Source: Christensenellaceae bacterium
Lineage (GTDB): Bacteria; Bacillota; Clostridia; Christensenellales; Borkfalkiaceae
Direction of reading: 5' to 3'
Assembly (NCBI GenBank): GCA_045657285.1
Contig: JAZOST010000007.1
Location: forward strand, 15,016 to 79,015
DNA: 64,000 nucleotides
Below the pieces are notes generated by a model. That model was not told where the DNA came from. It did not search any database and saw only the letters and a list, made by a program, of their open reading frames with translations. Numbering within the stretch: position 1 is the first letter of the stretch; every line of letters starts with the position of its first letter. A program made the position numbers and the translations under genes. This document shows positions 56,785 to 64,000 of this stretch, piece after piece.

Positions 56785-57283
56785 GTATTTTATACCAGTT
56801 TTCTTTTTATTTATTTTCGTTTATTCGGCTATTAAAAAGGTCAAGCCTTACGACGCGTTTACTAAAGGCGCAAGTTCGGCTATTCCTTTTGCCGTAAAAA
56901 TTTTCCCGTATTTAGTTGCAATTTTCGTTCTCACTGAACTTTTTGAAGTTAGCGGAATTTCTAACGCCGTTTCTACCTTTTTAGCGCCCTTATTTAAGAT
57001 TTTAGGAATACCTAAAGAACTTACTAAATTAGTTTTAATTAAGCCGTTTTCTGGCAACGGTTCACTAGCAGTTTTAACTGAAATTTTTAACACGTACGGC
57101 GTAGATAGTTATCTTTCCCGTTCGGCGTGTGTAATTTACGGCAGTAGCGAAACGGTGTTTTATATCGCTGCGGTATACTTTGCAGGTGCAAAAAAACGAA
57201 ACCTTACCCTGCCGATTATAATTTCACTGATAGCATCTTTTGCCTCTTGCATTTTTGCTTGTTTCATCTGCCATATTTTATAA
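56777..57283 (+). CDS. spmB: Spore maturation protein B
   Basis: 168 aa membrane protein. Overlaps spmA by 8 nt. SpmB-like (LIKPFSGNGSLA). Confidence 0.85.
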   Translation: MFKYFIPVFFLFIFVYSAIKKVKPYDAFTKGASSAIPFAVKIFPYLVAIFVLTELFEVSGISNAVSTFLAPLFKILGIPKELTKLVLIKPFSGNGSLAVLTEIFNTYGVDSYLSRSACVIYGSSETVFYIAAVYFAGAKKRNLTLPIIISLIASFASCIFACFICHIL

Positions 57284-57400
57284 ATTATATTCCCTTTGGA
57301 AGCGTTTTAAGGGGTGTTGCGATTCTCCCCACGTTTTTTGTTTCTTTTTTAGCATAAAAAAGAAAGATATACTTTTTGCTTCTTTTTAAGAATGAAAAAG

Positions 57401-57430
57401 AAAAAAGCACCCACGGCGTATGAGTGCTTT
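57401..57430 (-). terminator. Intrinsic terminator after typA
   Basis: Stem agcaccca/tgagtgct (one mismatch) with a 7-nt loop, followed by a T-run on the minus strand. Confidence 0.6.
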
Positions 57431-57436
57431 AATATC

Positions 57437-59260
57437 TTATTCTAATCCTTTTGCTTTTCTTTTAAGCCTTGTTTCAGTATCTAAAGTCTTTTTTCTAATT
57501 CTAACGTGCTCGGGGGTAATTTCTAGAAGTTCGTCGTCGTTGATAAATTCCATTGCTTCTTCTAAAGACATAATTTTTGGAGTTTCTAGACGGAGCGCGT
57601 CGTCAGAACCCGCCGCCCTAGTGTTAGTTAAATGTTTTTTCTTACAAACGTTTACGCTTATATCGTCGCTCTTTGGCGAAACGCCAACTACCATACCTTC
57701 GTAAACTTTCGTGCCTGCACCAATAAATAGTTCGCCACGACCTTGAGCGTTAAATAGTCCGTAAGTTACGGCTTCGCCCGTTTCAAACGCTACAAGTGAA
57801 CCTGTGGTTCTTCTTTCAATTTCGCCCTTAAATTCTTCGTAGCCGTAGAATAGCGTATTAAATACGCCTTCGCCACGAGTTTCAGTTAAAAACTGACTTT
57901 TGTACCCGAATAATCCCCTTGCGGGAACTTTGAATTCTAGCCTAATTCTGCTACCGATATTTTCCATTTGTATAAGTTCACCCTTTCTAACGCCCATACT
58001 TGAAAATACCGAGCCCGTTTTATCTTCGGGAACGTCAACCACAAGCCTTTCAATAGGCTCTAAAATCTTGCCGTTTTCTTCCTTGTATAAAACCTTGGGC
58101 GCGCCAACTTGGAATTCGTAACCAGAACGGCGCATAGTTTCTATCAATATTGAAAGGTGCATTTCACCACGACCGCACACCCTATAAGAGTCCGCAGAGT
58201 CCGTTTCTTCAACGCGGAGCGAAACGTCTTTTAGCATTTCCTTAAATAATCTATCTCTTAAATGCCTTGTGGTAACGAACTTACCTTCTTTACCAGCAAA
58301 CGGGCTGTCGTTTACTGAAAAGGTCATTTCTACCGTAGGTTCTGAAATCTTAACAAAAGGTACGGCTTCGGGACAGCCTTTTTCGCAAATGGTATCGCCT
58401 ATTGATAAATTTTCTAGACCGCTTACGCAAACTATATCGCCTGCTTTAGCGCTTTCAACGGCTACCCTATTAAGCCCTTCTATTTGATAAATACTTATTA
58501 ACTTACCTTTAGATTCTTTGCCACTTATATTAAAGTTGCAAGTTTCTACTTCTTGATTAATTTGCGCCTTTCCGCGTTCAATTCTACCTATACCTATCCT
58601 ACCAACGTATTCGTTGTAATCTACTGATGAAACGAGCATTTGAAGTGGGCCGTCTTCGTCAACTTCTTGCGGTTCAAAATAGTTGATTATCGCATCAAAA
58701 AGCGGTGTTAGGTCACTACCCGGTTTATTAAAATCAGTGGTCGCCGTACCCGCCCTACCAGAGCAATAAATGATAGGACTATCTATTTGCTCATCACTAG
58801 CGTTAAGGTCAAATAAAAGTTCTAAAATTTCGTCTTGAACTTCTGTTAAGCGCGCGTCGGGACGGTCTATTTTATTAACAACAATAATTAGTTTATGGTT
58901 AAGTTCTAACGCTTTTTGCATTACGAAACGCGTTTGTGGCATAGGACCTTCGCACGCGTCAACAAGCACTAAAACGCCGTTTACCATTTTAAGTACACGT
59001 TCTACTTCACCACCGAAGTCGGCGTGACCTGGGGTGTCAACTATATTGATTTTGGTGTCTTTATAAAATACGGAAGTGTTTTTTGCAAGTATGGTTATAC
59101 CCCTTTCGCGTTCTAAATCGCCAGAGTCCATAACCCTATCAGACACCACTTGATTATCACGGAAAATACCGCCTTGTTTTAGTAGTTCGTTTACAAGCGT
59201 GGTCTTGCCGTGGTCAACGTGGGCAATAATTGCAACGTTTCTAATGTCAGTTCTTTTCAT
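57437..59260 (-). CDS. typA: Translational GTPase TypA/BipA
   Basis: 607 aa with [17 protein letters not shown] and NKIDR motifs. Confidence 0.95.
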   Translation of the reverse strand: MKRTDIRNVAIIAHVDHGKTTLVNELLKQGGIFRDNQVVSDRVMDSGDLERERGITILAKNTSVFYKDTKINIVDTPGHADFGGEVERVLKMVNGVLVLVDACEGPMPQTRFVMQKALELNHKLIIVVNKIDRPDARLTEVQDEILELLFDLNASDEQIDSPIIYCSGRAGTATTDFNKPGSDLTPLFDAIINYFEPQEVDEDGPLQMLVSSVDYNEYVGRIGIGRIERGKAQINQEVETCNFNISGKESKGKLISIYQIEGLNRVAVESAKAGDIVCVSGLENLSIGDTICEKGCPEAVPFVKISEPTVEMTFSVNDSPFAGKEGKFVTTRHLRDRLFKEMLKDVSLRVEETDSADSYRVCGRGEMHLSILIETMRRSGYEFQVGAPKVLYKEENGKILEPIERLVVDVPEDKTGSVFSSMGVRKGELIQMENIGSRIRLEFKVPARGLFGYKSQFLTETRGEGVFNTLFYGYEEFKGEIERRTTGSLVAFETGEAVTYGLFNAQGRGELFIGAGTKVYEGMVVGVSPKSDDISVNVCKKKHLTNTRAAGSDDALRLETPKIMSLEEAMEFINDDELLEITPEHVRIRKKTLDTETRLKRKAKGLE

Positions 59261-59274
59261 TTTAGTCTATCCTT

Positions 59275-59811
59275 TTATAAGTCCGTAATTGTAGATAATG
59301 CTAGAAGTGTTTTAGCGTCGTTTATTTCGCCGTTTTCAAGCATTTTTTTAACCGTTTTTTTATCAATCCAAACGCAGTCCAAAAATTCGTCTTCGTCTAG
59401 TTGAGAATTCGTTTTACTGCAGTTTTCCGCCTTGTATATGTAAATAATTTCTTGGGTGTACCCTGGGGAAGGATACGCCTTAAATAAAAGCCTCATTTTT
59501 TCCGCCTGTAAACCACATTCTTCTTTTAGTTCGCGAAAAGCAGTCTCTAAAGGTGTTTCGCCTTTATCAATTTTGCCCGCGGGGATTTCGTATATCTCTT
59601 CATTAAAGGCGTAACGGTATTGTTTTACGAATAAAATTTTGCCGTCCTTTTCATATAAAACGCCCGCACCGCCATTATGCTCTACTATTTCACGCTTACA
59701 CTCTTTTCCGTCGCAAAGAACAACGTCGTCAGAGCGAAGGGACAAAATTTTACCTTTATAGATATAGTTTTTATTTAAAGTTTCTTCCTTAAATTTCACG
59801 GAGAATATCAC
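59275..59811 (-). CDS. NUDIX hydrolase (ADP-ribose pyrophosphatase-like)
   Basis: 178 aa with the Nudix box GKIDKGETPLETAFRELKEECG. Confidence 0.88.
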   Translation of the reverse strand: MIFSVKFKEETLNKNYIYKGKILSLRSDDVVLCDGKECKREIVEHNGGAGVLYEKDGKILFVKQYRYAFNEEIYEIPAGKIDKGETPLETAFRELKEECGLQAEKMRLLFKAYPSPGYTQEIIYIYKAENCSKTNSQLDEDEFLDCVWIDKKTVKKMLENGEINDAKTLLALSTITDL

Positions 59812-60601
59812 CTAAATATTTTCTAATTTTTCTAACCTTTCTAAAGAAAATAATCTTATGCGCTTTTGCAACGTATTTATAAGAAACGAAAGCGTAATAA
59901 ATTGCATCTTTATCTTCACTATCAATAACGTTAGCAAGCATATCAACGATTAGGGTAAGTTCTTCTTTTTGTTTATCTTTAAGGTTACTTTCTTTAATTT
60001 TAGTTTTATTCTTAAGAAGCAAATCTTTTATCGCTTTAACGCTTTTGCCGTAAGATTTTTTAAGAAGTTCTTCTTCGGCTTTAATGCGATTTTCTTCGTT
60101 AAGTTTTTCTTCAGCCCGTCTTTTTTCTTCCTGAACTAATGCTTCAACGGGGTCTTGAACGCTACCAGTAAGAACGGACTCCATTAACACTTTCATAGAG
60201 TTTACGAAAGGTTTAATCATAGAATTGATAAATGCAGAATAAGATGCTGAATAACTTCCGTCTTCATAGAAGTATTTGTTTAAGAATTCACCAAAGTCAA
60301 TGCGTTTTGCATCAATTTCAACTAAAACACTAAAAACAAACGCCAAAAGTTCCCTAGAATTATCTGGCAAAATAAATTCGCCTTTATTTTCTTGAAGATA
60401 CTTACTTGGCGCTAAATATTTTTTCTTTGCACTTACAATATCAAAGTCCGTAAGGCAGTTCTTAAAGATTGCAAGTATAGTTTCCGAAACAGAAATTGCT
60501 TTAAGCAAGTTTACAATTTTAATTTCAGCAATAATGTATTTACTTGAAATTAGTTCGTCTGCTTTTTCTAAAAATAGCGAAAGTTCTTCTTGTTTTGTCA
60601 T
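59789..60601 (-). CDS. Hypothetical protein with central coiled coil
   Basis: 270 aa with a clean ORF. It overlaps the NUDIX start by 23 nt. I recognise no family. Confidence 0.6.
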   Translation of the reverse strand: MTKQEELSLFLEKADELISSKYIIAEIKIVNLLKAISVSETILAIFKNCLTDFDIVSAKKKYLAPSKYLQENKGEFILPDNSRELLAFVFSVLVEIDAKRIDFGEFLNKYFYEDGSYSASYSAFINSMIKPFVNSMKVLMESVLTGSVQDPVEALVQEEKRRAEEKLNEENRIKAEEELLKKSYGKSVKAIKDLLLKNKTKIKESNLKDKQKEELTLIVDMLANVIDSEDKDAIYYAFVSYKYVAKAHKIIFFRKVRKIRKYLGDILREI

Positions 60602-60717
60602 TTTATCCCCTACGATTTAGCAAAAATAAATTTTGCCGTATTTTTTTACATTATAACATATTTTTGACCACTGTATAAAGTTTTTTGCCGAAAATTATCA
60701 AAATATTTGCAATTTTC

Positions 60718-60745
60718 TTTACAAAAAATAAATTTATGGTAAAAT
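60718..60745 (+). promoter_or_regulatory. Sigma70 promoter for the DUF4364-like/TSCPD gene pair
   Basis: TTTACA-16nt-TAAAAT with a TG extension. An approximately 48-nt UTR ends in an AAGGGGG SD. Confidence 0.5.
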
Positions 60746-60799
60746 AGATACACGCGCTTTTTATAAGCCGATACAAAAATAACAAAAAAGGGGGTCATT

Positions 60800-61324
60800 A
60801 TGCAGGTCAAAGGCGATTCGTCGCTCAATAAACTTATCCTTTTATTCGTTTTTGATAAAATGGAAGTTCCACTGTCCGAAAACACTATTCTTGATATGTG
60901 TTGTTCTTCAAACAACTGGCTTGCTTATATGGACTGTCAACCTATACTCAATCAACTTTTAGACTGCGGTTGGATTTACGATATCGGCGGTTCTGGCGAA
61001 CCCCTTTATACAATCACAACCGACGGTAGAATTTGCCTTGCAAACTTCTTTATTAAAATACCCGCGTCTACGCGTGAAGAAATTTCGCTTTTCGTTAAAA
61101 ACAACAAGCAACGCTATCGCAGAAAGCAAGAATGCGTTGCGGACTATTTTATGAATAAGGACGGCACTTACACGGTTTTTCTTAAAATTGTTGAACCCGC
61201 TCAACCTATTCTTGAACTTAAACTTGTAGTCCCCAACCGCCAAACCGCTAAAGACATTTATAAAAAGTGGGACGAAAAAGCAACTGATACTTATAGAACT
61301 ATTTACGAAAATTTAGTTGACTAA
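60800..61324 (+). CDS. DUF4364-like (PadR/wHTH-like) protein
   Basis: 174 aa. The N-terminus LNKLILLFVFDKMEVPLSENTILD resembles Clostridial DUF4364 proteins. Family call is from memory only. Confidence 0.5.
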   Translation: MQVKGDSSLNKLILLFVFDKMEVPLSENTILDMCCSSNNWLAYMDCQPILNQLLDCGWIYDIGGSGEPLYTITTDGRICLANFFIKIPASTREEISLFVKNNKQRYRRKQECVADYFMNKDGTYTVFLKIVEPAQPILELKLVVPNRQTAKDIYKKWDEKATDTYRTIYENLVD

Positions 61325-61338
61325 AAAAGGAATTCATT

Positions 61339-61590
61339 ATGGTATATAACACAAGGGGCACTTGCTCAACACAAATATTTTTTGACGTAACCGAAGATAA
61401 AAAACTTACCGGCGTTAAATACGTTGGCGGTTGCCGTGGCAACTTGCAAGCAGTAGCAAGGCTTGTTGAAGGCAAAGATATTGACGAAGTTATTTCCCTA
61501 CTTAAAGGCGTAAATTGTAGGGCGGGTACTTCTTGTGCTGACCAACTTGCAACCGCGCTTATTAAGTATAAAGAACAAAACAATCTATAA
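61339..61590 (+). CDS. TIGR03905-type stand-alone TSCPD-domain protein
   Basis: 83 aa with GTCSTQI...V.YVGGCRGNLQAVARLVEG...EVISLLKGV.C..GTSCADQLA, the TSCPD-like motif. Confidence 0.75.
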   Translation: MVYNTRGTCSTQIFFDVTEDKKLTGVKYVGGCRGNLQAVARLVEGKDIDEVISLLKGVNCRAGTSCADQLATALIKYKEQNNL

Positions 61591-61622
61591 AAACAAAAAA
61601 GAGTGAATTTTATAATACAATC

Positions 61623-61655
61623 AAAAAGGATAGCAAAAATTTTGCTATCCTTTTA
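61623..61655. terminator. Bidirectional terminator
   Basis: 11-bp stem ggatagcaaaa/ttttgctatcc with A/T-run flanks. Confidence 0.8.
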
Positions 61656-61671
61656 TTTAATGACTTATTAT

Positions 61672-62208
61672 TTATTCATTTAGATTAATTACTTTTTTCT
61701 TCTTTCTTACTGCATATTCGTAAGCAAGTTTAGTTCCACTATTAGTTTTCTTTAACGGAACGTAATTTTTATCATAATAAAATATACAAAAATCGCTGTC
61801 GTTTATCATTGCTTGATTTCTTTCTACGTAACTTGCTCTACCTGCTTCATACTTTGTTTTGTGTTCAAACTCTTTTTCAAAACCAAGTAGGTGAACTTCT
61901 TTGTTAAGTACAAGCGAAAAAATCCTTTCGCGTTCTTTTCTTTCACTTTCTAACGTACAACTTTCACTTTTGCAAGTATAACAAATTCTTTCTACGAATG
62001 AATATTCTTCTTTTAGTTCACTAACTACTAGATGACAAAGGTCGTTAAAGTCGCTTCTGCTACCAAATAAAAACATGCACACGTTGTATCTATTAATTAA
62101 ATCTTCTATACAAACTCTAATTTTTTGCTTTAGTTCATTGCTTTCATAAATTTTCCTATGCCCAAAAAATGAACAGATTTTATGTTTTTCCACAATAAAA
62201 TTCTCCAA
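61672..62208 (-). CDS. SLOG-family (YpsA/DUF1273-like) protein
   Basis: 178 aa. CSFFGHRK near the N-terminus and the FLFGSRSDFD Rossmann-like core resemble the YpsA clade of the SLOG superfamily. Confidence 0.55.
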   Translation of the reverse strand: MENFIVEKHKICSFFGHRKIYESNELKQKIRVCIEDLINRYNVCMFLFGSRSDFNDLCHLVVSELKEEYSFVERICYTCKSESCTLESERKERERIFSLVLNKEVHLLGFEKEFEHKTKYEAGRASYVERNQAMINDSDFCIFYYDKNYVPLKKTNSGTKLAYEYAVRKKKKVINLNE

Positions 62209-62273
62209 ATATATTCATTTTGAATACTACCACTACTCATTATAACATATTTTTATGTCTGTGTGTATTCAAA

Positions 62274-62299
62274 ACATAAATTTTGGGTAAAATTTATGT
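62274..62299. promoter_or_regulatory. Perfect 11-bp inverted repeat (operator candidate) between the SLOG and XRE genes
   Basis: acataaatttt-gggt-aaaatttatgt. Confidence 0.45.
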
Positions 62300-62367
62300 A
62301 TGTGGCTTTGTTGTTAATAATAAAAATTGACCTATAATCAAGATATAAGAACTTATTGAGGAATTTT

Positions 62368-62667
62368 ATGGAAATAAAAGAAATTTTATCAAGAATAGGT
62401 TACGTAAGGAATAAAGCAAACTTATCTGCAAGAGAAGTTAGTTTAAGAATGGGAATGAGCCCACAATACGTTGCACAATTAGAAAGCGGAAGAATTGTTT
62501 TAACTATTGAAAAGTTATTACAAATTTTAGAAATATGTGATTTCCCTATTGAAAGATTTTTTAGTTCTAATATTGCAGACTATAACGTTGACAACGAATT
62601 AAAACAATTAATTGAATCGTTACCATTAGATAAAAAGAAAAATATTATTGAATTTATTAAAAAGTAA
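62368..62667 (+). CDS. XRE-family HTH transcriptional regulator
   Basis: ATG at 62368 with a GAGGAA SD. HTH motif LSAREVSLRMGMSPQYVAQLESGR. Confidence 0.85.
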   Translation: MEIKEILSRIGYVRNKANLSAREVSLRMGMSPQYVAQLESGRIVLTIEKLLQILEICDFPIERFFSSNIADYNVDNELKQLIESLPLDKKKNIIEFIKK

Positions 62668-62673
62668 ATTTTT

Positions 62674-62700
62674 AACACTTGCATTTTGCAAGTGTTTTTT
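62674..62700 (+). terminator. Intrinsic terminator after the XRE gene
   Basis: Stem aacacttgc/gcaagtgtt followed by a T-run. Confidence 0.8.
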
Positions 62701-62723
62701 ATTATTTTTATTTGACTAAAAAT

Positions 62724-62764
62724 AAAAAACCCACTACACTTCTAACAACGTGAAATATAGTGGG
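62724..62764 (-). terminator. Intrinsic terminator after dtd
   Basis: Stem cccacta/tagtggg with a long loop, followed by a T-run on the minus strand. Confidence 0.5.
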
Positions 62765-62795
62765 TATATGCATTTATCAATAATTAAATTCTTTT

Positions 62796-63233
62796 TTATT
62801 TTTCAAGTATTACCGTAAAAGGTCCGTCGTTTATTTGTTCAATTTTCATATCCGCACCGAACACGCCTTTTTTAACAGGTATGCCTTGCGAACTAATACC
62901 GCTAACAACGTATTCGTAAAGTTCGTTAGCAGGCTCTGGAAGTTCCGCTTCAATAAAAGACGGGCGGTTGCCGTGTGAAGTATCGCCGTACAAAGTAAAC
63001 TGCGAAACTAATAGAATTTCGCCTTTAGTATCCATTATTGATAAATTAGTTTTTCCATTTTCGTCTTCACAAACGCGAAGGGTTGGTATTTTTTTAATAA
63101 AATAATCAGCGTTTTCCTTCGTGTCCCCTTTTTTTACACCTAAAAAAACCACGTAGCCAAAACCTATTTCACTGATAAGTTTTCCGTCAACTTTTAGATT
63201 AGCACTTTTTACCCTTTGAACTACTGCTTTCAT
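62796..63233 (-). CDS. dtd: D-aminoacyl-tRNA deacylase
   Basis: ATG at 63233, giving MKAVVQRV, with an AGGAG SD. SQFTLYGD and GPFT motifs. Confidence 0.93.
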   Translation of the reverse strand: MKAVVQRVKSANLKVDGKLISEIGFGYVVFLGVKKGDTKENADYFIKKIPTLRVCEDENGKTNLSIMDTKGEILLVSQFTLYGDTSHGNRPSFIEAELPEPANELYEYVVSGISSQGIPVKKGVFGADMKIEQINDGPFTVILEK

Positions 63234-63324
63234 AATTACTCCTTTTATATAAAACATTATAACATTTTTTTGCCGTTAGTTCAACGCTTTTTTTAATTAA
63301 GTACTAGCGAAAATTACTTTTATA

Positions 63325-63333
63325 TGTTATAAT
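63325..63333 (+). promoter_or_regulatory. Extended -10 promoter placed for a leaderless nrdG transcript
   Basis: TGtTATAAT, then 6 nt, then the ATG at 63340. No SD. Confidence 0.45.
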
Positions 63334-63339
63334 TGCATT

Positions 63340-64000
63340 ATGGAAATTTTGGGATTAGAAAAATTATCGCTTGTTGACTTTGACGGCTACGTTAGTGCAA
63401 CCGTGTTTACTGGCGCATGTAATTTTAGATGTGGTTTTTGCCATAACGGTAGCCTTGTTTTAGACTATCAAAATATTCCCGTAATTCCTACTGAAGAAGT
63501 TCTTTCATACCTAAAAAAAAGGAGCGGTATTATTGAAGGTTTATGCATCTCTGGCGGAGAGCCTACCCTTCAAAAAGACTTACCCGACTTTATAGAAAAA
63601 GTTAAATCAATCGGCTTAAAAGTTAAAGTTGACACTAACGGCACTAACCCTGAAATGATTAAACTTTTGGTAGATAACGGATTAGTAGATTATTTCGCAA
63701 TGGACATAAAAAACGATTTAGCGTCTTACGGCGAAATTATCGGCATTGAAAATTTTGACACTAAAAACATAGAAAAAAGCGTAGAATATTTTCTTTCGGG
63801 ACGTATCCCCTACGAATTTAGAACTACACTTATTAAAGAATACCACACCGCCGAAAATATTATAAATATCGGTAAGTGGATTAAAGGAGCAAACAAGTAT
63901 TTTTTACAGAAGTTCAAGGACTGCGAAGGTTGTATCCAGTCACATCTTTCCGCCGTGGAAGATAAAATCGCTTTAGAATTTATGGAATTACTTAAAGAGT
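63340..64000 (+). CDS. nrdG: Anaerobic ribonucleoside-triphosphate reductase activating protein (radical SAM), 3' end outside the window
   Basis: Not in the ORF track because there is no stop. Translation is MEILGLEKLSLVDFDGYVSATVFTGACNFRCGFCHN...ISGGEPTL..., with the CxxxCxxC radical-SAM motif and NrdG-type N-terminus. Confidence 0.85.
   Translation, partial: MEILGLEKLSLVDFDGYVSATVFTGACNFRCGFCHNGSLVLDYQNIPVIPTEEVLSYLKKRSGIIEGLCISGGEPTLQKDLPDFIEKVKSIGLKVKVDTNGTNPEMIKLLVDNGLVDYFAMDIKNDLASYGEIIGIENFDTKNIEKSVEYFLSGRIPYEFRTTLIKEYHTAENIINIGKWIKGANKYFLQKFKDCEGCIQSHLSAVEDKIALEFMELLKE

Noticed and set aside
60646-61583. Minus-strand ORFs 60646-60915, 60959-61243 and 61299-61583.
   Set aside because: They are antisense to the DUF4364-like and TSCPD genes. 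Those genes have SDs, a promoter, a terminator and, for TSCPD, a recognisable motif. The antisense ORFs have none of these.
1-64000. Search for tRNA, rRNA, tmRNA, RNase P RNA, CRISPR arrays and tandem repeats.
   Set aside because: All intergenic gaps are at most about 260 nt and are occupied by promoters and terminators. I saw no cloverleaf-like or repeat-spacer pattern. A covariance-model scan would be needed to exclude small ncRNAs formally.

Overview
This is a low-GC chromosomal segment from an endospore-forming Firmicute that looks Clostridia-like: it carries pro-sigma-K, a gerA-type germinant receptor operon and spmAB. It holds about 62 protein genes, mostly on the minus strand. Most of it is conserved housekeeping synteny: efp/pepP; folA-thyA; tcdA-asnA-glyA; hisS-hslUV-trmFO-topA-dprA-comM-like; rplS, yraN-rnhB-rbgA-trmD-rimM-KH-rpsP-ffh-ylxM; an amino-acid ABC transporter; recG-yloV-yloU with divergent rpmB; cysK-rdgB-rsmA; tatD-metG; spmAB; typA. 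I found no rRNA, tRNA or CRISPR array. No intergenic gap exceeds about 260 nt. The clear outlier is an ~8.1 kb, eight-gene phage-derived operon at 2.1-10.2 kb. It encodes only a head-assembly and DNA-packaging set (TerL, terS-like, portal, scaffold, major capsid, adaptor-like) plus two unknown proteins. It has no recognisable tail, lysis, integrase, repressor or replication genes and sits directly between core genes. It is my best candidate for something undescribed (a GTA-like or satellite-like domesticated capsid locus), but a simple prophage remnant cannot be excluded from sequence alone. Secondary oddities: several genes have a -10 box exactly 6 nt upstream of an ATG and no Shine-Dalgarno, which suggests leaderless mRNAs. 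The amino-acid ABC system has a coiled-coil insertion in its ATPase and an apparently circularly permuted binding protein. A consensus promoter is followed by a terminator-like hairpin directly upstream of ylxM-ffh. A SLOG/XRE divergent gene pair shares a perfect 11-bp inverted repeat. Several CDS starts were moved from the ORF-track maxima to downstream ATGs that have SD support. All functional calls come from my own reading of the translations and motifs; no database search was run.
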